DNA from: Azolla caroliniana
Lineage: Eukaryota > Plantae > Polypodiophyta
DNA: 64,000 nucleotides
Assembly (NCBI GenBank): GCA_043228905.1
Contig: JBHGNT010000005.1
Coordinates: 15,500,001-15,564,000 of the forward strand
Direction of reading: 5' to 3'
Part shown: in pieces, positions 41,198 to 53,852 of the stretch
Numbering within the stretch: the first letter of the stretch is position 1
Layout: each line of letters begins with the position of its first letter
The notes under the pieces: generated by a model
Told to the model about the DNA's origin: nothing
What the model saw: only the letters and a program-made list of their open reading frames with translations
Databases searched by the model: none
Position numbers and translations under genes: made by a program

Positions 41198-44038
41198 ATG
41201 GTACTGTCGGAGGAGGCATGCCAATGGATGAGGGAGAACGGGTTAAAAGGATTGCTGCGGATCGCCGACGCTCCACCACACGCAGAACCAGAGCAGGCGG
41301 CAACATCGATCGATTTATCAGAAATCACGGAAGGAGCAGTGCAGGCGCTCACGGGGATAAAAGCAGGAGGACTTCAAACAATCGAAAACCCTTCAAGTGA
41401 AATCCTCTTCGAATATTTCGGTGAGTACTCTATCAGCAGCAAGGCGTACCGAACACGGGGCGGAGAGAACCTGCTGTTCGGAGAAGTGGCCCGCGCCATG
41501 ATGGAATACAGATTCGTGAATCCTCGTCCCCCGGCCATAGCCAAGTACCGGGCAGCGTTCTTAATAGCAGCATACGAAGGATTACAAGTAGACTGGCTCC
41601 ATTTCATAACCGAAGGATTGAAGGAGGCCATCAAGAATCTTGGGGAAGGAAAAAAGCCATGGGCCGGGATAGCACAATGGCTAACGGTGTTAGTCCCACC
41701 GGTGCTCCCCATCACACAAAAGAAAAGAGGTCGGCAGGAGACGACGCCGAAAAAGGTCACAAAGCGCCGACAGATCTTGGAGAAACACACCCCCGGATGG
41801 ACCCAGCAAGAAGCAGAACAACGAGGGGAAGGACCATCCCGACAGCAACAGGAACCGACAACAAAGGCAAAACTGGCAGGAAAAGGCAAAGGGAAATCGA
41901 CCGAGGAGGAATCGGTAGCGCGCAAACCAATCAATATAACGCTGCGACGGCCGGAACCGGAACCAGAGGTCTTTATACAAAAGGTCCGTCTGGTAGCCGC
42001 ACCGGAGGAGGAAGCTGAAACAGAAGACTCATCCGAACCACTGGTAAGACTCCCAGCAAGACAAGGTCGGGAGAGACGGGCGAAAGAACCGGCTCCACCA
42101 GTTGACAAAACTCAGCAGAGGGCGCAAGGACCACCTCCAGTAGCCGAGGCGGAAGCAGTACCGGAACCCGTACCGAGGGAAGCAGCACCGACACCGGTTG
42201 TGCGGGACTTCAGAGAACCGGTCATCCCAGAGAAGAAGAATGAACAAGCGCCGGAGCCAGAGAAAAGGCCGGAAAAACAACCTGAGTTAAGGAGTAGAAG
42301 TGAGCAAGGACACCCCGACACAGGAAGCACAAAGCCACAATGGCTGAGATGGCTTTCGGAGCAGTTATCGGGAGTAGCGGACCAGTTAGAAGAAGAAGAA
42401 ACGTGTAGGCAACAACTGACGTATACAACTACTCAGGAGTTGGTCGCGCTCCGAACACAGATCGAGGAAATGCAAGGGGAGCTGTTGCAGGCAAGGGAAG
42501 GAATTCAACAAACACAAGTTGTCACCGAGCCGGTCGGGACAACAAGGAAGCAACCAGAACCGGAACCGGAACCGGTAGCCTTGCAAACCGGCCCGGAGAC
42601 CGAAAAAATAATAGAAACCTTACGAGAGGAGTTAAAAGCTCAGGAGGCATTAAGGGAAAGAGAAAGGGAGCAGCGGAAAGCGGTGGAGGACGATAGACGA
42701 AAAATGGAAGAAGGCCTCAGGAAAGGTTGAGCCACTAATGACCGACTGCAAGAAGAAAAAGAGAAGCTGCAAAAGGAGAAGGACCGACTGCGTCGACATG
42801 CCGAGCAGGAGATAGAACGACTGCAGGAAGAACTCCGACAACAGAAGGACCGGGACGATCGGTTAAGAGCTCAGGCAAACCGACGCCTGAAGCAGAAGAC
42901 GGAGGACTTCGACCGTCTCTACTGAGATCACAAGCAGGCCGAGTCGGACAACAAGAAACGGGCAGCAGACTACGACCGGCAAATAGAGAAGCTGAAAGAA
43001 CAGCTCAAAGAGACCCGATTAGACCTGGCTAAGGCAATAGATGAGGTCAGTGCCAACAAGGAAGCATTGTCGGCGGAAATAGCCCAAGCGACGGAGAGAA
43101 GGAAGGAATTAGAGGCGCTAAGGCGGGAAAAGCTGGATCTGACCAAGATCAGGAATGAAGAAAAGGAAAAATTGACCTTCACGATCAACAAACTGCAAAG
43201 TACCAATGAAAAGCTGAAAGCGGATTACGAGGCCCAGGCTCAGATAATGGCCGACATTATAAAACGGGCAAGGAAGGAAAAGCAAGAAGCTTATGCGCAT
43301 GCTAAGGCGGGGGTTGACCGGATCAAGCTCATCATGTCAGGATGGAGTACCCGAGCTCAGGCAAGCATCAACGAAAGTACGGAAAAGCTATGGAAGGAGT
43401 GGTCACAACAGGCAGCCGAGCTGCAGACACTCCGAGCGGATGCCGAGAATCGGAGGAAGACCGGTGACAAGTTCTACAAGATGGATGAAGAAAGTATCGT
43501 CGCCATTCGGGAAGAATTGTCGGAGGATTTCTACGCTTTAGCGGAAGAACATCTCAAAGAAATTCGAGGGTTGGTAGAGAGGTTGGATGACGGGCAGCTT
43601 GCAACTCAGTTGGAGTTGGAGAGATACAAGTAGGACTGGTTACGACAGGAAGCTAAGGGAAGAACGACGCCAATCACTATTAGTGAGGGAGAGCGACCGA
43701 CTGAAGTTGAACCAACCGACACCGAACAACCCCGACGAGGAATACCCGAAGAAGAACTTCCGTTCGAAGGAGAAGAAGAAGAGCAGGAGCAGACCGATGC
43801 CGGAGAAGAAGAAGAGCTGAGACCGGAAGACACCAGAGCAGAGGAAGGAGGCGTATCGAGCCGACCAGTCGAGACCGGAGAAAGCGACACTGGTAACAGA
43901 AAAGAGCCTGGAACAGAGGGAGAACAGGAAGAACCCGGACGAAGCGGTGAGGAAGCACCGACACCACAGAATCAAGCAGAGCCGGAGCAGCAAATTTTTA
44001 TGGAACAACCAACCCAACCGGAGGTCGGAGACCAGGCA
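41198..44038 (+). pseudogene. Extra ORF of the gypsy element: globular N-terminus, Pro/Glu linker, long coiled coil, acidic tail
   Basis: ORFs 41111-42730 and 43067-43633, the sequence between them and the sequence downstream are all one frame. It is broken only by TGA 42728, TGA ~42923 and TAG 43631. Confidence 0.75.
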
Positions 44039-44138
44039 NNNNNNNNNNNNNNNNNNNNNNNNNNNNNNNNNNNNNNNNNNNNNNNNNNNNNNNNNNNNNN
44101 NNNNNNNNNNNNNNNNNNNNNNNNNNNNNNNNNNNNNN
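44039..44138. other. Assembly gap (100 N)
   Basis: Run of N; the sequences on either side are unrelated. Confidence 1.
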
Positions 44139-44389
44139 ATTCCAGAAGTGGAAGTTCCATGTATTGTTAGACTTGAAAATGTTTTAAGTATAAGAGGTAA
44201 CATTGTAATCCTTAATGCCATCATCTATAAATTTAGTGCTCATTAACATCCATAAATTCATAACTCAAGAAACGTATACAATATTCATAAACAATTTTGA
44301 TAAATCCATAACTCCTAAAATGTAGATAATATTCATAAACTGTCAAAACTGTCAAACTTAGATATAAACATTAATATATCAATTTGAAC

Positions 44390-45842
44390 ATATCACATAT
44401 TTATCAAGGTATTCACATTGCTCTCCTCTTCTTCCTTTTGAGAACGCCCCTACAAAATTTGTGTAGTATTATCTACTCCACATAGGCTCGCAATCATAAG
44501 GTCCTCAAATATCTTGTCAAGAAAATCAATAAGCTCCCTAGGTTCACCAACTAATGGAGGAATAGGTTCATGGGATACAAATTGAAAATGTTAAGGTTTT
44601 AATCCTCGTGTTAATGAAACTCACTCATCATCTGTTTTAAGCGCAACAGTATTTCTGAATAGCTTCAATGCAGATACAGATGTAGTACACATTAACCATT
44701 TAAAATGAAGATTGCATTAGCTAAACATAAACTATATTGATTTCTAAAGGCATAGCAAACAAAGTTATAATAATTTACCCAAGTTGAAGAATAAATCTAG
44801 TATCCAATTTCCTTCATTGGATAACATTTCAAATGACAAAATTTATCAATATTAAGTAGAATGTATTGATGGGAAAATCAAAACTCTCCATGTAAGATAA
44901 ATATTCCTTACTAAGCAAGGTTTTCTATCCCATGGCAATGAGATCTGAAGGCCTGTGCTATAGAGTATCCTTGGTCCATGCTATGGAATGCAACAATTCT
45001 CCATAAGGATATTGTCTGTGCGAAATCTTTCACCATCTTCTCAAGTTGTTTGAACATAAATGGTTCATCATCGTATGTTGATCAAACCATACAAAATCAA
45101 TAATATGTCCACATCACCAAAATAGACATTAACCCCGACTGATATTCTTTTTGTGGCTAAATTTCTTAAAATTGCCACCATCTTCTACACCATACGCCTT
45201 CACTAAATGGTAGTTCTTTTCTTTCCGCGCTCTTTCAAGATATGCAAGAAACTATGTAGGAAAATCAAGAATATCTTTAACTTCTCTCTATTTCTTACTA
45301 TCATTATCTTCGTATACCATTGTTAAACAATATTTCTTTCCTCTCCGACTTACGTGACTTCCTCACATTGAGAGATTCTAAAGGTGAGCCTCGATTATTC
45401 AAACGGATTTTCTTTTTTTTTTTGTGATAAAAAATATGCTCCATTGGTATTAAAATTAACAATGCCAAAGGCAATGTACAAATTGTACATAATAGTTTCC
45501 AGTCCATAATATATATCATCAAAAAAAGGACTAACTATCAACGATGGAATTTGGCAAGACTCAGCCTTTGCCAACACCACCTTTGCTACAACAAGTTAGG
45601 ATTCCATGAGACCATATCTGTAGTACGAAGTGTCTGAAACCCATCTTCAATTGGCCCTTGTTATGACCTCTAAAAACCTTTCATGTTGAATGTGATTCTG
45701 CATATATACTAAAGCTCTTCGCTCCATGTAGACTCAACATGTAACCTAATTCTTACCGCTTGGGATAAAACGTGATGGGCCGCCTTGGATAGTGCCCATC
45801 TATCATCTCCCATATCGAAACGAGCATGTTCTTCATCTCCAC
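44390..45842 (-). pseudogene. Decayed intron-containing gene with beta-class DNA amino-methyltransferase (N6A/N4C) motifs; 5' part continues beyond 51533
   Basis: Manual translation gives FEMLSNEGNWILDLFFNLG|TTSVSALKLFRNTVALKTDDE across a 90-nt phase-1 intron (44778-44689), resembling motif I (xxxEGDxVLDPFxGSGTTxxAAxxLxRxxxxxExD). Upstream is an open block YDDEPFMFKQLEKMVKDFAQTISLWRIVAFHSMDQ..., preceded by a degenerate xxYG. Confidence 0.6.
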
Positions 45843-48800
45843 TATAAAAGATTATGTGCGGAAGCAATAGAAAGCCAAATACACAGAAAATACCCAGGTT
45901 TAATGGAGAGCTTGAGTATACACAGTACGCGGGAGAGACAAAGAGAGAACACACAAAAAACTCAATTAAAAAAAATACTAACCCTTTGTATGTACATCGT
46001 GCTCAATGAGCACCTTTTATACAAGCCCTGACAATGGGCTGACACAAGTACTGAAAGTACTTGACTGCTCATAAATGAGCCTCGACTCTTACTCCCAAAA
46101 CTATTCCTTACGAGGAATATCTCTCTAACACCCTTTCGGTTTACGCACCGATACGGCCTTCCTACCCACCGGTCTGCATACCAGTTTCCAATCGATCCGG
46201 CCTAACCGATTGGTCCCAACCGATCGGGTCCTCGGCTTGCTTAGCCGATCCGGCCGATGTTGAGCTTGTCTCTCAACACTCCCCCTCAAGCTCAACTTGA
46301 GGCTCTTGGGATCTTCCTGATCAACGCTCCGGTTCCTCCTGGCTCCACGCCTCGCTCGCGCTCCTCGGCTTGTTCGACTCCGCATGGTTCGACCCTTCCA
46401 GTCGACTTGTCTGCTCCCACGGCTCTTCACAGCTCCCTTGCTGTCGTGGTGTTGGCGCTTCTCCTGTTGCCTTCTTTTCGGCTTGGCCCTCGGTTGATTC
46501 AGTGTATCTGAATCAAACATCTGAACCGACTTGGCTACTTCTGATCGGTTTTCACTCTCGTCCAAGTAGGCTATCTCCAACTCGTCTTTGGTCTTCTCGC
46601 CCTTGACGGCGTCATCTTCCCCATGCTTGGTTGGCTTCGGCTCTTTCTTTTGGCTGTTCCCCTTATGTCCGCTTCCAAACTCTTCCGCAGATCCGCCCTC
46701 GGCTTCTTCAGCCGATCCGAAGTCGGATTCGTCATCCGACTCGGTGTCGCGGCCTCTTCTGCTCCCTTCTTGCTCCCTTGCTCAGTCTTTTGAGACTGTT
46801 CTCCCCCTCAAGTTTGGCACGTCGAGGTGACGCAACCCCAGCGCACCCGAGAAGTGCCGCAACTTGTCCAAACCAAGGGGCTTGGTGAAGATGTCGGTGG
46901 TTTGCCGATCCGTCGGAACATACTGAAGTTTGACTTCACCAGAAAGGACACGCTCACGGACTAAATGGTAGTGCACCTCAATGTGCTTGGTCCGTGCGTG
47001 GAAAACGGGGTTCTTCGCGAGCTGGATGCTGTTGAGGTTATCGTAGTAAATCGTCGTCGGATCGGACACCTCCTCTTGCAAGTCCTTAAGTAGCCGCTTC
47101 AACCATATGGCTTCGCATGTCGCGATAGCTGCTCCTCTATACTCGGCTTTGGTGCTCGACAGTGCAACTATCGGCTGCTTCTTACTGCTCCACGCTATCG
47201 CGACAGTCCTAAGAGAGAATGCGTATCCGGACGTGGATTGGCGGTCGGCGACGTTACCAGCCCAATCAACATTGGTGTAGCCTACCAACTACGAGGTTGT
47301 ACCAGTCTGATATAGCAGTCCCCGGTCCTTAGTGCCGCTTATGTACCGCAGTACGCATTGCGCACACTGAAGGTGCTCCTCGGTAGCTCACGCCATGAAC
47401 TGACTGATCACCCCGACCGGATAACTGAGATCGGGTCGTGATTGTCAAGTAGATAAGGCTTCCGACAATTTGTCGGAACCTCGTCGGGTCGCATACCTTG
47501 CCGGAATTGGGGCGAAGCTTGAAGGTTCTATCCAAAGGAGTCGAGACGGACTTACAGTCGGCCATCCCGAATTTGAAGAGCATATTCAATGCGTAATGAC
47601 GTTGGCTGATCAGAATGCCTTTAGGGGTGCGGATCACTTCGATCCCGAGGAAGTAATGAAGGTCCCCCAAATCCTTCATGTCGAATGATGCCGCAAGCTG
47701 CAACTTCACACGGTCGATTTCACCTAGGTCGGCGCCGGTGATGACAAAGTCATTAACATATAGTAAAACACTAACTGGCCCGAGTTGACCTTTCTGGATG
47801 AACAATGAGGAGTCCAATTTTGACGTTGCAAAGCCCATTCGACGCAGTTGCTGCGTGATCTTCGCGTTCCAGGCACGCGGGGCTTGCTTCAATCCGTAAA
47901 GGAACTTCCTCAATCGGCACACTGCCGACGTGTTCGTTCCGCAGTGAAATCCGGGGGGCTGTACCATGTACACCTATTCCTCAAGCTCACCTTGCAAGAA
48001 CGCATTCTTTACATCCATCTGATGTAAGTGCCACCCCTTTTTCACAGCTACCACGACCAAAACACGGACGGTCGTCATCTTCGCGACTGGCGCAAACGTC
48101 TCATCGTAGTCGATGCCGTGTTTCTGCGCGTAGCCTTTTGCTACTAACTGGGCCTTGTATCGGTTGACTGAGCTGTCGGTGTTGTACTTGACCTTGTACA
48201 CCCACCTACATCCGATCGGCTTCACACCCTTCGGTGCGTCAACCAGGTCCCAAGTCTCGTTTTTCGCCAATGCGTGCATCTCTTCCTCCATCGCGGCGTG
48301 CCAATTCGCATCCTTAGCCACTTCTGTGTAGATCTCCAGCTCACGCACTTCCGCTATACGGGTCATGTATGCATAATGATGCACCATGTACTCGTTGTAT
48401 CCGAACCGCACAACTGGGTTCTTCTGGCAGGTAGATCGGTGTAATCGGTCATTAGCCGATGTCGAGGTCTTCTCGGCCGACGCGGACTTCACTCTTGAAG
48501 ACCTGTCACCGCTTCCCTTGGAGTCGGACTCGCGTCGGTCTGACTCGTTCCTATCCGTCCCGGAATCCGACACCTTCTTCTTCCCTTTCTCTTTGCGCGT
48601 AAGCCGTCTCCTCAGCTTCCTGCGTGGGGAATGCACGACCGAGTCTCCACTACTTGCTGGCTCTTCATCGGACTGGTCGAACCGACTCAGTCGTCCATTC
48701 GGTCCACTTAACCGAAACGAAATCGGACTCTCTTCGCGGGTCCCGATTTCTGGCTCATTTGGAGGCATTTCAGTCTCACTGACCTCATCATCAGAGCTCG

Positions 48801-51533
48801 GATTGGAGTTGAGATCCGGAGTCGGAGGCAAGTACCAGGACGCAGACTCATCAAACACAACGTCGTGTCTCATGCACGCTTGTTTGGTGCGTGGGTTATA
48901 ACACTTATAACCCTTCTGCTCGTTTGAGTAACCGACCAAGATGCATTTCTCGGCCTTTGCGTCCAGCTTCCGCCATTTCTCCTTCGGCACATGCACATAC
49001 GTAATGCTATCGAAAACTCGTAAGTGTCGCAAGTTCGGCTTCGTTCTGAAATATAGCTCGTGCGCCGACACTTTTTCTCCGATCCGATTCTGGATGTATA
49101 CCGTGGTTTGTACTACCTCGGCCCAATAGAACTTGGGCAAGCTCTTCTCCTCCAACATTGCCCGTGCCACTTCCACAACTGACCGATTTTTCCTCTCGGC
49201 CACGCCGTTTTGCTCCGGCGTGTATCTACAACTGAATTTGCGCCGAATTCCCTTTTGTTGTAGATAACCGTTGAATTGACCGGAAAAGTATTCTTTTCCG
49301 CCATCCGACCGTAGACACTTGATCTTTCTTCCTGTTTCTGTTTCCACGAACACTTTGAGGTCCCGGAAACAGTCGAAGAAGGAGACAAAATATCGGCTCC
49401 CGCCAAGACTAACGTTTTGTGCCGGCCCCCACACATCGGAGTGTATCAAGTCGAGCCTGTTCCGGCTCCGGTTACGCTCGTTGGGGAAAGGAAGTCGGTG
49501 TTGCTTCCCAAGCTGGCAGGCTTCACAAATTTGTGCCTTCCGGCCACTAAATTTGGGCAATCCAAACACCATTTGTTTCGATTGCAGGTCTTGAAGCCGC
49601 TAGTAGTTGGCGTGGCCTATCCGCTTGTGCCATAAGTTGATGTCCGACTCGACTTTTTGTCCCTTCACGAACATTGCGGTGCCACCGTCAGTAGAGTCGA
49701 GGATGAACATCCTCCCATCTTTGCGCCCTTGCGCAATAACACGGCCTTCTTCCTCAATGAAGCACCCAAGGTGTGTAAACCGGACCTCCATCCCTTGGTC
49801 GACGATTTGTCCGACCGACACCAAGTTCTTCGTGATTGTCGGGACGTGTAGCACGTTCATGAGTTTCCCTTTCTGCCCGACATGGCTCAAGGGAACTTCA
49901 CAACATTCGCGATCGGATGCGGAGTGTCGTCTCCGGTTGCGACTACTCCCGGTTGCATCGGTTTTTCTAGGTACGAGAACCACTCCTTATGGCTCGTCAT
50001 GTGATTTGACGTGCCGGAGTCGACGTACCGCACCTCGTTCTATTTCAGGGTGGTTTGTTTCATTGAGTTTGCTTTGTGTCTCGTCACGAAGATTGACCCT
50101 TTTTCGGCTTCTCCGGATCCTTCGGCGTAGTGCGATCGTTGCCGATTTCCTTTGTCGGTCTGTCCAAAACCTGATCTGGACCTAGTTCTCTCCGAATCGG
50201 CGTGCTTTTTCCAGCACTTGCTCTCCCTGTGGCCTTTCTTGCCACAGTACCAACATTCCGCGGCGGATTTCCCTTGCCAGTTCTCGTCGCCTCGACTCCC
50301 CCTGTTTCCGAAGGGTTCAGAATTGCTGTCGGCATCACTTCGGTGCCTTCTTCATTGATCCCGTCGGCCGCCTCCATTGCGTACCGACTCGCCTCATCCG
50401 CCACGACCACGGGGCCTTATCTCCCTCCGTGTACAACATCTTGCTGTCGGCATGTGTGCTTGTCGACGCACCCACGTGGTTCTCCTCTATAAGGAGCATC
50501 GATTGTAAGTCGAAAAATGACGGCGTATTCTCCCGTGTACACACAACAGTTTGGAACGCTCCGAACTTTGACGCCAAACCACTGAGACAAACCTAGACCA
50601 TCTCGCTTTCCTCGATGTTCACATCGATGGAAGCTAAGGAGTCGCAGATGTCCTTGATCTTCGAGGTATAGTCAGCCACTGACAAATCCCGTTGTCGTAG
50701 GTTGCTCAACTCCTATCAGAGCTGAAGCTTCCTGGCTGTGGTGCTCGCGGCGAACATCTTCTTCAGATTTCCCCACGCACCCTTCGTCGTTTTTGCATCC
50801 TGAACATAGCTTAATAGTTGTTCGCCCACACAAGACGTGAAGCAGTACAGTACTCTGCTTGCCGACTGTTCCCAAGTCGGGAAGTCTTTGTGTGTCGACT
50901 CGGGTGCTGTGTCATTTGCACCGTCGACATAGCTCCAGTAACCGTGTCCGAGCAGGTACTGGTGCATCTTGTAAGACCAAGACGCGTAGTTGTTTCTGTC
51001 AAGCTTCTTCGTTGGAAGCGAGCTAGCCATGCATCTATCCATCGTTTTTGCCTGTTCTTCTTGGTTGGTTTTTCTTTCAAGCTATGTCAGCTGCAAAGGT
51101 TCTCAACCCTCGCGCTTTGATACCATGTAAAAGATTATGTGCGGAAGCAATAGAAAACATACGCAGGTTTAATGGAGAGCTTGAGTATACACAGTACGTG
51201 GGAGAGACAAAGAGAGAACACACAAAAAACTCAATTCAAAAAAATACTAACTCTCTGTATGTACATCGTTCTTAGTGAGCACCTTTTATACAAGCCCTGA
51301 CAATGGGCTGACACAAGTACTGAAAGTACTTGACTGCTCATAAATGAGCCTCAACTCTTACTCCCAAAACTATTCCTTATGAGGAATATCTCTCTAACGG
51401 CCTTTCGGTTTACGCACCGATACGGCCTTCCTATGCACCGGTCTGTGTACCGGTTTCCAATCAATTTGGCCTACTCGATCCGGTCCTTGGGTTGCTTAGC
51501 CGATCCGGCCGATGTTGAGCTTGTCTCTCAACA
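45843..51533 (-). mobile_element. Full-length decayed Ty1/copia, sister family of 2476-7861
   Basis: LTRs at 45843-46278 and 51126-51533 (with indels; one terminus reads TA instead of TG). TSD TCCAC at 45838-45842 and 51534-51538. PBS tggtatcaaagc at 51114-51125. Gag-pol motifs with stops and frameshifts; RT LYVNDF. Confidence 0.95.
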
Positions 51534-52594
51534 TCCACTTACATTGAAGATATACTTGTAATGAATCTCCCTGTAAAACAAGATGGTATACATGCTCCTC
51601 ACCTCAAAAAGAAAATCTACTTCGAGCCCCCACCATCTTCACTCAATCCTTATCACAAAACATAATTATGCTTCGGTCGGTTCGCATCAACCATCTCACC
51701 GCTTACCACCAAAGTTCTGTAAAAATAACAACAAAAAGAGTCTCGTTTGTTTCTCATCCCCTCAAGATCTGCTTCGGCCACCCCCCACCATCACCACTCA
51801 TAAAAACAGACAAATTGCTTCATGCTGTCCACATCAACCATCTCGCTAATTACCAACAAAGTCTTGTACCAATAACAACCAAATAAGTGAAAAGTATTTC
51901 CTCATCCCCTCATGATCTAATTCAGCCCTCACACCATCACCACTCATCCTCTTGTCATGCCACTTATGCTTCGAACCCCAACACCATCATCCCTCAACCT
52001 ATGAGAACCATAACATCTTCTTGACTCAGCCCACATATGCAACATCACGCTAACCCTCTTGCCCTGTTGCCGAATACCGAGAAAATCTTGTACTGACAGC
52101 CAATATATGACTGTAAAAAAATTCCTCACCTTCTCATAATAAACGGTTTTATCCCCCACACTAACATCACTCATCTTGCTCACAGAAACAGAAAACCAGC
52201 TTCTTCAAACGAATTTTCTTGACCGTACACTCATCCTAATTTTTAGTTGACCTTGTAACCACAAGATCGAAAAATATAGAGAAACTCAATTATATGAACC
52301 AATAAGTAATTTCCAACAATTTATCTATTTAAAGATAGATTAACTCTAGAAAAGGGCTCTAAATGCCAAAAAGAGACAGGTAGATGCAAAATATTGCAAA
52401 AATTAATGAATTTCTATTAAATAATATGCGAAACAAACACTAAATAGTGCAGTAAAAACACTCCCATCAAATAAATTTTCATATGGAAAATCTTGGAGAA
52501 AAATAGAATTTCATTACAAAAATAGAGATTATTTGTGAAAATATACAATTTATTCAGCAACTCGATAATTTTAATAGTAAAACAGAGACTTCAT

Positions 52595-53140
52595 AGTACA
52601 TTTCGATACAATGTATCAAGTTCATGAACTCAATTTTTTACATAAACTTGATACATTGTGTCAAGTTCGTGTTGAAAACTCAATTTTTTTCATGAACTCG
52701 ATACATCGTATCAAGTTCGTGTTGAAAAACAGAGTTTCCAACACCAACTGGATACATTGTTTCGAGTTCATGTTTAAAGTTTTATTTTTGGTTTTGTTTT
52801 CTGAGCTTGAAGTGATGAAAAAACTAGAGTTTTCATCCTTTTTTTTTAAACATGAATTCGATTCATTTTAAAAAATAATCAAAATTGTTTTTTAAAAATA
52901 TAAAAAAATTTACTTTAAATATGAAGTAGATACATTGTATCAAATTATGATGAAAACTCTAGTTTTTTCATCAACTCAAGCTAAAATCTAGAAAAAGAAC
53001 TCTGAATATGAATTCGATACATTGTATCAAATTGTAATGAAAACTTTACTTTTAACATCAACTCAACTCAATGTACGAGTTCATGTTTAAAAATGTTCTT
53101 TTTTTTCAAATAAAAGAGCTTTTTAAACATGAACTCGAAT
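52595..53140. repeat. Array of palindromic GATACA-N-TGTATC-centred repeats
   Basis: Cores at 52605, 52650, 52700, 52751, 52929 and 53016. Several extend to ~30-bp inverted repeats (catgaactcgatac...gtatcaagttcgtg). Confidence 0.8.
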
Positions 53141-53149
53141 TGTACTAAA

Positions 53150-53852
53150 ATCTATGTTTTTACAAGAGAAAAGAAACATAACAATAATGCAAAGAAGTAT
53201 GTTGCACAACACGATACCTTATGGTGAACATGTTCTTCATTGATCAATAAAAAACCATTAATAATTGTGTTGATGGTAATTGAACCTTGCAAATGTCGTT
53301 TACATGGTCTATAAAATATTCCTATGGTCTCAATCACCACTTCAAGTACTTAATATTGATCTGCATAGTTTGGTACATTCACAACAAAGAAACATTTATG
53401 TGGAAACACAAAGCATAACTCAGGTGACAAGGAAACTTGCAAGCACTCAAGGTGGGGATATTAATAGCTACACATGTAAATGGTCATGACCTAGTAGAGG
53501 ACCAATTCTGGATTGGTAAAGTTTTGGACGTGGTGATTGTATTAATCCTTTCTAATACATCTATCGTTCAAATTAGTGAGGTAAATATCATTGTGTATGA
53601 CTTTACATTGACAAAAGTTGAACTTTTAAGGAAGACAATGATAGACATAATAAAACAGTATTACCAAGTCTAGAAGATGTCTCTGATTGAGGGCGAACAA
53701 GATTTAGTGCACACCATTTGGAGACACCATTTGGTCAAGAAAATGATTTGATTGGTATATTTGAAAATGAGGAGGAAGTGTCACAATGTTATATTAGCTA
53801 TAGTAGTGATTCTCGTGAAAGTAATGATCATAGTGATGCAAATAACTACTAA
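53150..53852 (+). pseudogene. Highly decayed ORF remnant, possibly a DNA-transposase C-terminus
   Basis: Fragments GILIATHVNGHDLVEDQFWIGKVLDVV followed by an acidic tail, with many stops. Family assignment is by recalled resemblance only. Confidence 0.3.

Larger units (their letters stand above)
34459..44038 (+). mobile_element. Non-chromoviral Ty3/gypsy element, tRNA-Arg primed, with a long extra ORF; 3' end lost in the assembly gap
   Basis: 5' LTR TGTTG...CAACA at 34459-34849; PBS tggcgaccac just downstream; gag-PR-RT-RH-INT to 40773 with no chromodomain; extra sense ORF running to the gap. Confidence 0.9.

Noticed and set aside
41111-44038. Calling the extra ORF a retroviral env
   Set aside because: No signal peptide, fusion peptide or transmembrane helix is visible in the sequenced part, and the protein is highly charged. 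The C-terminus is hidden by the gap.
44039-44250. Treating the methyltransferase-like relic as cargo of the 34459 gypsy
   Set aside because: They are separated by an assembly gap of unknown true size and differ sharply in base composition and decay. The gypsy 3' LTR is not seen.
52595-53140. Palindromic repeats with variable linkers as a CRISPR array
   Set aside because: The repeats are degenerate and irregularly spaced, and the linkers are short related A/T tracts rather than unique spacers.
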